64,000 nt of DNA from contig DAVD01000046.1 of assembly GCA_002505405.1 (NCBI GenBank), forward strand, positions 39,534-103,533, in the 5' to 3' direction. Source of the stretch: Candidatus Poseidonia alphae. GTDB lineage: Archaea; Thermoplasmatota; Poseidoniia; Poseidoniales; Poseidoniaceae. This document shows positions 54,922 to 64,000 of this stretch, piece after piece. Each line of letters starts with the position of its first letter. The first letter of the stretch is position 1. The notes under the pieces were generated by a model. That model did no database searches, was not told where the DNA came from, and saw only the letters and a list, made by a program, of their open reading frames with translations. Position numbers and translations under genes: made by a program.

Positions 54922-57900
54922 TCAGAACTTGGAACCGGAGCGACCGCTACGTGCTGTCTTGACACCACCGTAGATGACGAGGAGTCCCAGAACTACTACA
55001 CCAAGTGTAAGCCAGATCGACTCTGAGCCCGATGAAGGTGCAGGGTCATAACGAAGTTGGAAATCAAAGGCACCGTTTTCAACGACCTTTCCATCATGCA
55101 TGATGGATTCAACATTGTTTGCCTCTTCTCCTGCGACTTCGATTCGTACTTCGAACCGATGGTCACCCTGTGGGTTTGTGATGTTATCAAACACCGCATT
55201 CACAGTCGTGTTAGCAGGGACTGAGATCGTTTGTTGCCGCTCTACAGTTTCTCCGTTAGGCAAGAAGTAAACGATAACAGACGTTGCATCTAGTAAACCG
55301 CTGTTCTTCACTGGAATCACGACATCACCTGCTTCACCTGCGATGTCATCAGATTCAGTTTGGATATCCCCATGGTCCACGGACAATTTGATTTGTGCAT
55401 ACTGGATGGTGACATCAACTTGCTGGGCCTCTTGTCCAAGGTTTTCGATGTAGACCCTGAGGTCAAAGCCATCGTCTTCGCTGAAGTTTGCTGGTGCAAA
55501 GACCGTGAATGGCTGAACCCGTGTCTCGCCCTTAGCAAGTGTGAGCGATGAATCCATTGGGGTTACAGACCAGCCTTCCGGAATTCCGCTTTCGAGGAGT
55601 TCAATGGTGAAGGTGTCTCGTCCGTTACCGTTATTGGTCACGTCAAAGCTAAATTCTCGAGAGACCAATGGGGAAATACCGATGACCTCTGTTGCCCCAG
55701 TAATCTCATACGCATAATCCGTTGGAACGACTGCTTTAACAGTGATCTGACTGGCTTCACCCAATTCGGTTTCAAGTCGCAGTGAGATACGATGTCCGTC
55801 GTCAAGATGCCAGGCATCTTCAACCGATGGTAGCGTAACACGAACGCTGATGTTACCACTGAGAACTGCGTCTGCACCGGTTTCATTTCCAATTCCAAGC
55901 GTCATCAAGGTGGATGCCTCCCATTCTTTGCTCGATTCATTGTAAAGTTCAACGGTCCACAGGTCTGAATCTTGAGCCAAGCCCATTTCAGCTGTAACTG
56001 TGAACACATCAAGGGTTTCAGTTCCGTTGTAAACCGCATCAACCGAGAAGGTGAATTGGTCATAGGCGCTGTTGTTCGTCGTTGACACGACTGCTCCGAT
56101 TTCAACATCGATTGCATTCACAAGAGTCGCTCCTTCAACACTGTTGAATTCGAGGTCCAAGTTTGAGTTCACACGTCGATTGTACTCAAGAGTAGCCGTT
56201 ATGGTTGAATCAGAAGCAACGGTCATGCTTTGGCCACCGAAGTATTCCATTTCCAAGTTGTTCGCATGTTGTGTTGTCATGAAGGTACTGTCAAAGACGA
56301 TGCTACCTTCCGGCATAAGCAGATTGAGCGTACCGCTTGCTGGTAGAGGGACCATCCAGGACATTCCGTCAAACGTAATTTCGAGTTCCGCATCAGATTC
56401 CATGACTTCCGCTTGAGCGTTGTCCGAACCAGCATGCAACGGTGAGGTTGCGCCGAGAGGATACCATTCGCTGTTAAGCACAAGGTTGCCTCCAAGAGCC
56501 ATCTCCATCGAGAGATTACCACCATTGGAAACACTTGCGTCAAGGATACCAACGGTGACACCGCCACCGTTTGGCGAAGGGTTAGCATCGGTGACGACGA
56601 CAATCCATTCACCCGGTTGAACCGAGGTGGACCATTCCAGTGTATCGTTAACAATCGTGCCCAAGACAAGTACTGAATCTCGCTCAACGCCAGATTTAGG
56701 ATGGAGTTCTATGGTTGCACCCAGCAAACGACTGGAGTCAACTTGATCCGTAATCGTACCAGAAACGTCCACCATACCAGCAATAACTTCAATGTCGGTA
56801 GATTGTGTGCTGTTGTAAACTGGGAAGCCTGATTCGTTGTCGTTCATGTAGTAGACTGTATCAAATCCTTCCTTTTCGACCGTAACGTTGTATACATCCT
56901 GAATTGGGACAAAGAGCGTCCAAACACCGTTTTCGTCGGTTGTAACGTTGGAGTTAACATCGGTGTTGTTACCAATTACGGTAACGTTGAATCCACCAAG
57001 GCCTTCTCCAAAGGAGGGGGCGCTGTTGTTGTCAAGGTCCCAATACACCTTACCACCAATCTCAACTTCCAGTTCGGCAAAGATTGGGTCGAGTGTCAAC
57101 GAATCGTTGACTGCGTCGGTCATGTCAAATGGATCTGCTGATGTGTCCAAGTACCAGGTTTGCTGGCCAGAAGACTTGTTTAGGTAGAAACTCCAACTGC
57201 CCGGCATGAGCATTTCGGAGGTGTTTCCATCAATGTCAGTTTTCTCAAGGGTCACGTTACCCAACCCATCTTCGCTCACTGCTACGAGGTTCATGTCAGC
57301 GAGGTTGTTCAGTGTCAACAGCTCCTTAAGTTGGACCAGAACGTTCACTGCTGGAACGGTCGTGTAGGTCTTGTTGAGTCGAGTGGATGCGTCATCGCCT
57401 ACACTTAGCGTAGCACGCAGGGTCTCGGTGGATTCTCCGTTCATGAACGGTGCGACGATCATCAACCAGTCACCGGATGGGACATAGGCTGAAAAAGTTC
57501 CATTTTCGTCGGAACCGATATCTGAGAACCAACGGTCTTCTTCTTCATTGTAGAGCAAGAATGCATTCATCAAACCTTCATCGGTAGAATTCAAGAGCGT
57601 ACCTGTGACACGATAGGTTTCCTTCAGCGGAACCGGAAGTGCCTCTTCAGGACCGTCAAGACCGATGTAAATCTCATCAAAGATAATTTCACCAATCAGG
57701 TCGTAATCTGTGGCGTTTTCGGAATCTGCTGTTGTTCGGTTGAACGTGAGCGTGTAGGTTCCTGGTGTTAACGAAACATTTGCTACACCGTTGCTGGTGT
57801 AGTTGTCTGCTGTGATGTAGAGATCATCTCTTGTTTCATCAAGAGGTACCAGCCGGAACTCGGGGGAGACCTTTGTTCCGTTCTCGAATGAACCGTCTTC

Positions 57901-60900
57901 TGCAGAGTTGAGGAAGATCTCAAACGAGACATCAACAGCAGCCGGCTGTGCGAAAAGTTCCATGAGTGACATTTCTTCACCCATCTGAGAACCGTTGCGG
58001 CTTCCGTTGATTTCAAGGCCGGTGATGGACTCAATGTTCAGAAGTTCTTCCTCAACACTTAGCGTCCATGTACCGTCTAACAGATTGATATCAAACTCAC
58101 CTACTTCATTAGCGGTGGTTGTCCATTGGAGTCCATCTTGATTCGTTGCTGTAATTTCGGGGGCCACCCAGCGAGGAATTGTGCTGCTCCATCGAGTCTC
58201 GTTATCGTAGAGGAAGATGATTCCGCTCACTTGTGTTGTTGGTTCAAGATACATGATGCCCATATCCAAGTTATCGGCCGTTGCGACATTGATGAGTTGC
58301 CCTCCACCAAGGTTGGTGAAAGAGGAACTTGTCGTCATGTGGTACTCAAATCCGGCAGGCACGCGAACTGAATAGTGTCCAGTTGTGTTGGTAACTGATG
58401 TGAACGAAAGTACTCCGCTTTGGAAGAGAACTGTTACTCCAGAAGCTGCATCACTTGTTTCGACCTTGTCTTCATCAGGCGATTCTAGCCACAAACTGAA
58501 GTCTTCAGCGGAGCCGGGGTAAGCACGCAGGCTCCCGTTGATGTAAACGGATTCAGCGTAGGTGATGTTTCGTTCAATGTCATCGGAACCGGGTTCGAGT
58601 TCAACTTGGTCAAAGAGCACGTAGTCACTGTTCACATCATCTCGAATGTCGTAGGTTCCAAACAACAATTCAGCATAAACACGACCGTTTTCGTCAGAAG
58701 TCACGTTAACCGGGTCGAGAATACCTGCTGTATTGTCAAATGTAATCATGCGGTTTGAGACGTTGAAAAGTGGTTCTTGAGTTGTTGGGTTGACTGGGGA
58801 CACAAGATGAAGTGTTACGTCAATGGTTTCAGGGACACCAAATGCAATCGTGATGTTGGTTGTATCATCACCAACGGTTGCTGTTTCGTTCAAATCATAC
58901 CATTCATCGTTGTCAACATCAATGCGGTAATAGTAATCGCCCTTAGGAATTGGGCCATGACTGAAACTAGCATTTTCATCGGTGTTGATTTCAGTCATGA
59001 AGTCTTCACCGAGATCAACATCAACAAACTCAATGGTTTGGTTTGGTAGAAGTTCTCCCGTCATGTCTTGAAGCACTCCCTCAAAGATTGCTCCAGGCAT
59101 GGTCATCTCCAGGTCATAGGTTGGATTAACTCCAATCACAACTGGGTCAGGCAAGAGAACGGATTTGTTGTTTTCAAGCAGTGCTACCATATTGTATGTA
59201 CCGGGCAAGAGTCCAGTTCTGTAAAACGAACCTGGTTCAACCATCGGGCCTGAGAAGGAACCTGCTCCAATGAACAATCCAGTACCGTTGAACGTACCGA
59301 TTCCTTCGTAAAATCCAGCACCTTCGAAGGTATCACCACTGCCGGAGTCGTAATCACCGTAGGTACGGGTGAGCGTTGTGACTCCATCTGAAGTGAACGT
59401 TCCTGAAGCATTAACTGCGCCTTCAATACGATAGTTCGTAAGTCCGTCTTCAATACCAATCGCACAAACGGTGTAATTATCCGGCATGATAGGCATTGAA
59501 TCGTTGTCAAATTCGCAGTCCGTTGAGTTCACAGATTCAATCCATGTGGCCTTGATTGTACCAGCTCCATCCCATGTACCGTTAGCAAAGAACATGCGGT
59601 TATCACCTAGTTCTCGGGTAAAGGTACCGATGAAGTTCTTAGCAACAGCGATACCGGTGCTTTGGAAGGTCCCATTTTCGGCAAAGGTAGCTTCTCCAGT
59701 TCCTTGGAGAATACGGCTTTCCTCGCTTATGATCGAGCCGCTTGTGGTCGTGACGGTATAATCTTCAGTCATCGACCAAATGTTACGCAGAACAAAGGTT
59801 GTTTCGGATACTGGGTCTCCACTGAATGCTTCGTCTCCCGCCCAAGTAACGGTTCCAGAAACACCGCTGCTCTTGACTGCAACATCAAGAGGTGCATCGG
59901 CAGGAACTTGTCGGTTGGCCATTGCTGCAGTGACGTTCATCACTGAATCGCCAAGCCAGGTCATGTTAGCAACTTGGCCAAGAAGCGCCGTGATAGCGTA
60001 TACGTCACGCTCACCGTTGGTTTCACTGGTGATGTCCAGGTTGTTGTTGTTCACCTGTGCATAAGAACCGTCCCGGATTGAGTCACGTGCAGCCACTGGA
60101 TCGTATTCACCAGCAAAAGCAGAGACACGGATTCGACCGGCTGGAAGCGTATATTCGTAGTTGCCGTTTTCATCTGCATCAACAAATCCAATCGGCACCC
60201 AATAGGTATCGGTGTCCAAATCCTCAGGGCCTTCGCCAGAGAATGCGTCACGCTCAACAAGGAGGCGGATCCCAGGGATTCCTTCGCCCGTATCACTCAT
60301 GGTCACTTGACCTGTTATTTCGCTTCCAGGATAGTATTTGAGAATCTTAACCTTGGTATTGGAATCGGTGATTCCAGATTCGGTTTCATCGTCGTACCAG
60401 TTCGCAATAACATAATGATTCATCATTGCACCGGGGAGCGGTAGAGCCGAAGACAGAACGCTACCAGGTGTTCCTGAAACCATAAAGTGTTGAGACGGTT
60501 GAGGATTTGACGAAGCAGTATCAAGACCTAAGGTTGAGGCGCCGTAACCGACGTAGGTTCGTGCAACCATGGTATCAAAGAAAGCAGGCATGTGGTCAAC
60601 TCGCACATCCTCGATCTGCAACGGGTCAATCACTGCACCAGATTGCTGGTTCAAGAAATCTTTTTGCATGGCGAGGTCGACTTCCTCACGTGTCATTTCG
60701 TCGGAGAAATCTCCACGGATGGTTTCGTAAACTTCATTCATGTAGGTTCCAGTGTCTTGTCCTGAAAGAATAGTAGGTGCTCCGAAAATACCCATTGGTT
60801 GACCGCCGTTGTAGTTGTAGTCTGCGGTGTAGCGACCTGCACGGGGGTAAAGGCGGTTGTCGACTGCAAAGTAACGAATCTCGTGGTCACGAGTGATTGT

Positions 60901-63900
60901 TTCTCCAGGAACTCCATTGTAATCCTGTACCCTGTAGTAACCCTCATCTCCACCAAGGTCGATAAGGTCAGCATACATGTCATGGACGGTTGCATCATCG
61001 TTTGCTGCGAAAGCCGCTGTTAGAAGTTGAGTCACCATTGCGAGACGGGCATTCTGCCGGTGCATAGCGGTTGAAACACTTTCATATTCATCGATTAAAT
61101 CCTCTGTGTACCAGTAATCGCCAAAGATCGTGTGAGTTGAAGCCACAACGGTGTCTTCACCGCTTCGAATACTGTTTTGGAATTCACTTTCCGCCGCACT
61201 CATGTGATTTTCTTTATCCCAATCATCACCGATGCAAACATCCGTGACGGTTGATTCGCATGGAATCTGGACGCCATCACTGTAGAGACGTATCACTGGA
61301 GTGGAGGTGTCAAAGATTCCACCATCATGATGGTAACCTTCAGCCATAACGATGCCACGGTTGGTCTTGATGACACTAAAGGAGCGATCTTGAATGAAGT
61401 CGATCGTAGCCTCACCAGTTTGCATGGTTGTAAATTCCCCGATTTGTTCTTCTGTGAGGTAATCTTCCAACACATTTTGGAATCCAACTGTGAACGGCCC
61501 AGGTTCGGTGGTGGAGGTAGAAGCATATGTTCGGTCTCCTTCCGAAAGTTGCCAGACGAACATTGCCGTCAGGTCATCTTGATTCCGGGCGAGCAACATG
61601 TTACCTGTTGCGGTAATACCGGATTGGAAGTTGTCGGAAACAGAGGGATGTCCACCCGTAGTGAGTGCTTGGAAACCGTAGTCCCACCATGAGACAAAGG
61701 CTGGGCGTTCGGAATAGGTAACGTTTGTATCCTGTCCAGCAAGCCATTCATAGCCCCTGTTCCATCCGTCGTCGTTGAAACTGGAACCAAAGTTGCCGAG
61801 GTACCAGCGGCCATCGTGGCTTGCACTGTCAAGGATGGAGAAACCGAGGCCGTCGAAACGAAGAATATCGGGGACGATATCGTAAATTCGTTCGTCAAGG
61901 TCGCCTTCTGCACTTGAAGAGGAACCTGGGATTGCAGAGTCAAGCCCGTATGTCATTTGCTGACTGAAGAGCATCAACATCACGAGGAAGATGGCGGAGA
62001 ATTGAGGTGTTCGCCAAACTGCCTTGCGAGCCCCTGCAATTCGGTCTGCAGGTGTACGGATTCCAAGCTTCTTCCAAGAGCGGACCAATCCACTCCAGTT
62101 GGCCCACTTCGCGAGTGCTGCGATACCGCAGGCTCCGAGAATGGCCATGATGGGTGTGGCGTTGAACATGAAACGTGCTGCGTTCCAGGCCATGAAGGTC
62201 GCCGCAAAGACCCAAACACCGAAGACAAGGTCAGTTGAGCGTCGGTGGCGGAGTCCTCGCCAAAGGAATGTGCCACCCATAACGAGAGCAAGCAGGAAGG
62301 TAATCGGTCCAAAGGACGCAAAGAGTTGTGCTCGATTCGGTGCGTTTGCTTCTGCAATGGTTCCGAAAACCTTGGTCTTGGCAAAGTACCCACTTCCGGT
62401 GAAGAGAACATCCCATGCGTCTGAAATTTCAAAGGTCTTGAGGACAAACAGCAATGCAAAGAAGATGGCTGCCAGACCTACAAGGGTTCCAAGAACAAGC
62501 AACCAAGGCTTGTCACGGTAACCCGTAGTGACGAATGCAATGGCGAGAGTGAACCCGAAGATGAACAAGAAGGGTTGCAGTCCAGTTGAATTAAACACAA
62601 GTGCAAGATGCGGGTGCCCATAGAACGGTATAGCCATCAGGAAGATGACGGAAAGCATGGTCAGGAACATGACGCTCAATGCGGTTGAGTCCCGGCGGCG
62701 GAACATGTTCAATGCAACTTGCAGTGCGTAGGCAAGGAAGAGAATCGAGGGTCCAACAACGAATCCTTTCCATCCAAGAGATGCAATACCGAAAGCGACA
62801 CCTGCGAGGATAGCGTTTGACACAGCAGCTTGTCGGTGAGTGAAAACGTCTCGGAAGGCACGGATGAAAGACAGCGGATGGGCTGATGTTTCTTTTGTGA
62901 TTCGAGCCGTTCCAGCGTACTTGACTGCTCGTAGCCAATACATGAAACCAATGCTGATGAACAGCATAACGAAGGAGTCGTGGTCTGCGAGAGCCCAAGT
63001 TGAGTGGGTGACGTGAGCCGGCATGAAAGCGATGAGCCATGCTGCGATGACTGCAGCTCCTTTTCCGAAGTGGTCCCTTGCTGTTGCTGCAACGGGCAGA
63101 ATGGTTAGAGCTCCGTAAACTGCAGGAAGTCCAAGCATGCTCCACCAAACAGCATCTTCAGGGTTCTCAAGGAAGGGTCCGAGGAGCATTGCTCCGACAG
63201 CCAACGACCACGTGAAGAGCGGTGGACGAGGATTGATTCCACCAATCGGGTAGAAACGGTCTGCATCGAAAACGAGGTGAGCGTTGTTGGCGAGGATGTA
63301 ATCCACAACTCGCTTCATGTACCAAGGGTCAGAACCTCCGGTCATGTCCCAGTTGCCGGTTCCAAAGGCGTTCATTGAGGGGACAGCATACCATTGGATG
63401 CGAATGGTGAGCCCGATGATGAAGGCAAGGCCAATCATCAATCCAGCGCCGTGTGCGTTCATGAAGAGCCGAGCGTTGGACGGTTCGTGTTCCCCACGGT
63501 TGGCCCAACCTCCGAACTTTTCATGAATTGAAATGTAGTAAATTGCAACGCAGATAAAGAACGTGATACCAAGCCAAAGCAATGCACCCCAAGTGCCTGC
63601 AAGGTTTTCGGTGTACCAAATCTTGTCTTCGTACCATGAGGACACTTGGTATAGAGTCCACATCGATCCGGTGAGCATTGCTCGTGTAAACCATCGTTCA
63701 GCAACCATTCCAGCCACAATTAGAGCGACAATACCGGTAAGGAACGCTGCCCAATAGCCTACATAGCCATGGTAGCCTTCTTCGGTTGTCAGTCGAAACT
63801 GGTCGATAAGTTCAACCGAGTTGAAGTGCCAAAGAGAACCTGCGAAAGCAAGGACCCAAACGGCAAGAGCGGAAATGAGCGGAGCAGAAGATGAATTCCA

Positions 63901-64000
63901 TCCACCTTTTTCACTGACAAAGGAAAACCATCCTTCGCGTCCTGCTGGGTTAGCAATACCTCGTGCAAGCAAACCAACAAGCAACCCAAGAGCTGTGAAC
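54922..64000 (-). CDS. aglB: Giant AglB/STT3-family oligosaccharyltransferase fused to about 1,800 aa of extracellular repeat domains and a C-terminal TM anchor. The 5' end probably lies beyond the window.
   Basis: The N-terminal roughly 1,200 aa form a polytopic membrane domain with an EL1 acidic motif context (LVFDADRFYPIGGINPRPPLF) and a canonical WWDYG motif (FVSWWDYGFQ). From about residue 1,215 (nt below about 60340) there are at least 8 prealbumin/CarboxypepD_reg-like units (GQVTMSDTGEGIPGIRLLVE...DENGNYEYTLPAGRIRVSA, TDENGRVYAELLFGTYDI, TNTTGHYSVRVPAGFEY, ANEVGEFDINLLDGTWTL, SDENGTFSAYVPSGDWLM, TDIDGNTSEMLMPGSWSF, TDENGVWTLFVPIQDVY). CARDB-like units follow (FSFDVTNNGNGRDTF, VIPVKNSGLLDAT), then a terminal TM helix IWLTLGVVVLGLLVIYGGV plus the basic tail KTARSGRSGSKF. 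The track start at 63984 is a TTG, and the frame stays open to nt 64000 (upstream codons read FTALG). Confidence 0.85.
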   Translation of the reverse strand, partial: FTALGLLVGLLARGIANPAGREGWFSFVSEKGGWNSSSAPLISALAVWVLAFAGSLWHFNSVELIDQFRLTTEEGYHGYVGYWAAFLTGIVALIVAGMVAERWFTRAMLTGSMWTLYQVSSWYEDKIWYTENLAGTWGALLWLGITFFICVAIYYISIHEKFGGWANRGEHEPSNARLFMNAHGAGLMIGLAFIIGLTIRIQWYAVPSMNAFGTGNWDMTGGSDPWYMKRVVDYILANNAHLVFDADRFYPIGGINPRPPLFTWSLAVGAMLLGPFLENPEDAVWWSMLGLPAVYGALTILPVAATARDHFGKGAAVIAAWLIAFMPAHVTHSTWALADHDSFVMLFISIGFMYWLRAVKYAGTARITKETSAHPLSFIRAFRDVFTHRQAAVSNAILAGVAFGIASLGWKGFVVGPSILFLAYALQVALNMFRRRDSTALSVMFLTMLSVIFLMAIPFYGHPHLALVFNSTGLQPFLFIFGFTLAIAFVTTGYRDKPWLLVLGTLVGLAAIFFALLFVLKTFEISDAWDVLFTGSGYFAKTKVFGTIAEANAPNRAQLFASFGPITFLLALVMGGTFLWRGLRHRRSTDLVFGVWVFAATFMAWNAARFMFNATPIMAILGACGIAALAKWANWSGLVRSWKKLGIRTPADRIAGARKAVWRTPQFSAIFLVMLMLFSQQMTYGLDSAIPGSSSSAEGDLDERIYDIVPDILRFDGLGFSILDSASHDGRWYLGNFGSSFNDDGWNRGYEWLAGQDTNVTYSERPAFVSWWDYGFQALTTGGHPSVSDNFQSGITATGNMLLARNQDDLTAMFVWQLSEGDRTYASTSTTEPGPFTVGFQNVLEDYLTEEQIGEFTTMQTGEATIDFIQDRSFSVIKTNRGIVMAEGYHHDGGIFDTSTPVIRLYSDGVQIPCESTVTDVCIGDDWDKENHMSAAESEFQNSIRSGEDTVVASTHTIFGDYWYTEDLIDEYESVSTAMHRQNARLAMVTQLLTAAFAANDDATVHDMYADLIDLGGDEGYYRVQDYNGVPGETITRDHEIRYFAVDNRLYPRAGRYTADYNYNGGQPMGIFGAPTILSGQDTGTYMNEVYETIRGDFSDEMTREEVDLAMQKDFLNQQSGAVIDPLQIEDVRVDHMPAFFDTMVARTYVGYGASTLGLDTASSNPQPSQHFMVSGTPGSVLSSALPLPGAMMNHYVIANWYDDETESGITDSNTKVKILKYYPGSEITGQVTMSDTGEGIPGIRLLVERDAFSGEGPEDLDTDTYWVPIGFVDADENGNYEYTLPAGRIRVSAFAGEYDPVAARDSIRDGSYAQVNNNNLDITSETNGERDVYAITALLGQVANMTWLGDSVMNVTAAMANRQVPADAPLDVAVKSSGVSGTVTWAGDEAFSGDPVSETTFVLRNIWSMTEDYTVTTTSGSIISEESRILQGTGEATFAENGTFQSTGIAVAKNFIGTFTRELGDNRMFFANGTWDGAGTIKATWIESVNSTDCEFDNDSMPIMPDNYTVCAIGIEDGLTNYRIEGAVNASGTFTSDGVTTLTRTYGDYDSGSGDTFEGAGFYEGIGTFNGTGLFIGAGSFSGPMVEPGSFYRTGLLPGTYNMVALLENNKSVLLPDPVVIGVNPTYDLEMTMPGAIFEGVLQDMTGELLPNQTIEFVDVDLGEDFMTEINTDENASFSHGPIPKGDYYYRIDVDNDEWYDLNETATVGDDTTNITIAFGVPETIDVTLHLVSPVNPTTQEPLFNVSNRMITFDNTAGILDPVNVTSDENGRVYAELLFGTYDIRDDVNSDYVLFDQVELEPGSDDIERNITYAESVYINGSLRAYPGSAEDFSLWLESPDEDKVETSDAASGVTVLFQSGVLSFTSVTNTTGHYSVRVPAGFEYHMTTSSSFTNLGGGQLINVATADNLDMGIMYLEPTTQVSGIIFLYDNETRWSSTIPRWVAPEITATNQDGLQWTTTANEVGEFDINLLDGTWTLSVEEELLNIESITGLEINGSRNGSQMGEEMSLMELFAQPAAVDVSFEIFLNSAEDGSFENGTKVSPEFRLVPLDETRDDLYITADNYTSNGVANVSLTPGTYTLTFNRTTADSENATDYDLIGEIIFDEIYIGLDGPEEALPVPLKETYRVTGTLLNSTDEGLMNAFLLYNEEEDRWFSDIGSDENGTFSAYVPSGDWLMIVAPFMNGESTETLRATLSVGDDASTRLNKTYTTVPAVNVLVQLKELLTLNNLADMNLVAVSEDGLGNVTLEKTDIDGNTSEMLMPGSWSFYLNKSSGQQTWYLDTSADPFDMTDAVNDSLTLDPIFAELEVEIGGKVYWDLDNNSAPSFGEGLGGFNVTVIGNNTDVNSNVTTDENGVWTLFVPIQDVYNVTVEKEGFDTVYYMNDNESGFPVYNSTQSTDIEVIAGMVDVSGTITDQVDSSRLLGATIELHPKSGVERDSVLVLGTIVNDTLEWSTSVQPGEWIVVVTDANPSPNGGGVTVGILDASVSNGGNLSMEMALGGNLVLNSEWYPLGATSPLHAGSDNAQAEVMESDAELEITFDGMSWMVPLPASGTLNLLMPEGSIVFDSTFMTTQHANNLEMEYFGGQSMTVASDSTITATLEYNRRVNSNLDLEFNSVEGATLVNAIDVEIGAVVSTTNNSAYDQFTFSVDAVYNGTETLDVFTVTAEMGLAQDSDLWTVELYNESSKEWEASTLMTLGIGNETGADAVLSGNISVRVTLPSVEDAWHLDDGHRISLRLETELGEASQITVKAVVPTDYAYEITGATEVIGISPLVSREFSFDVTNNGNGRDTFTIELLESGIPEGWSVTPMDSSLTLAKGETRVQPFTVFAPANFSEDDGFDLRVYIENLGQEAQQVDVTIQYAQIKLSVDHGDIQTESDDIAGEAGDVVIPVKNSGLLDATSVIVYFLPNGETVERQQTISVPANTTVNAVFDNITNPQGDHRFEVRIEVAGEEANNVESIMHDGKVVENGAFDFQLRYDPAPSSGSESIWLTLGVVVLGLLVIYGGVKTARSGRSGSKF
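61675..61689 (-). other. WWDYG catalytic motif of the STT3/AglB oligosaccharyltransferase
   Basis: Plus-strand accgtagtcccacca reverse-complements to TGG TGG GAC TAC GGT, in frame with the 54922..64000 ORF (residues 766-770 counted from the TTG at 63984). Confidence 0.9.

Noticed and set aside
54922-55030. C-terminal TM + basic tail of the AglB giant (and of the other giants) as a PGF-CTERM/archaeosortase sorting signal
   Set aside because: No PGF tripeptide or Thr/Ser-rich pre-segment precedes the helix. The other giants have tails of 80-170 aa after the helix, which is incompatible with archaeosortase signals.
62024-63148. ORFs 62024-62521 (+, 165 aa), 61980-62459 (-, 159 aa) and 62591-63148 (-, 185 aa) within the AglB membrane domain
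   Set aside because: They are alternative-frame or antisense ORFs nested in the STT3 membrane-domain coding region. They are Arg/Ser/Pro-rich nonsense-like sequences, whereas the main frame gives coherent TM helices and WWDYG.
1-64000. CRISPR arrays, transposases, integrases, prophage or plasmid genes
   Set aside because: No regularly spaced direct repeats were seen, and no ORF has transposase, integrase, capsid or terminase-like motifs. The only strong repetition is intragenic, in the form of protein-domain repeats.

Overview
This is a gene-dense archaeal chromosomal segment, roughly 95% coding. I saw no rRNA, tRNA, CRISPR array, transposase or integrase. All calls come from reading the ORF translations and motifs by eye; no database or HMM search was run.

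Archaeal housekeeping markers are clear: type II GAPDH, archaeal PheRS beta, RNase HII, archaeal-type GluRS, ribosomal protein S15, archaeosine synthase ArcS, AglB/STT3 and class III (pilin-type) signal peptides. These are interleaved with a very large cell-envelope and proteolysis gene load. With about 50% GC, and with dnaJ and a YycJ-like MBL-fold hydrolase alongside the peptidases and giant secreted proteins, I infer a planktonic Thermoplasmatota archaeon of the Marine Group II / Poseidoniales type. That attribution is inference only.

Five ORFs longer than 1,400 codons cover about 46% of the window:
- A giant membrane-anchored subtilase at 1-4626 (-). It runs off the left edge and is missing from the supplied ORF track.
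- A 1,798-aa protein with Asp-box motifs.
- A 1,917-aa protein with thrombospondin-type-3 repeats and a beta-propeller.
- A 1,481-aa parallel beta-helix protein.
- A single ORF of more than 3,025 aa whose N-terminus is an AglB/STT3 oligosaccharyltransferase (WWDYG motif present). It continues into about 1,800 residues of extracellular repeats and ends in a second membrane anchor. It is still open at the right window edge.

The most interesting candidates are:
- the AglB mega-fusion;
- a translationally coupled operon of three pilin-like proteins with no assembly machinery nearby;
- a wHTH-STAND-TPR protein wedged between that operon and a giant protein gene;
- a shared W-rich cytoplasmic tail motif on two of the giant proteins;
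- a possibly degenerate RecJ/Cdc45-like gene next to rps15;
- a pyroglutamyl-peptidase-Nudix fusion.
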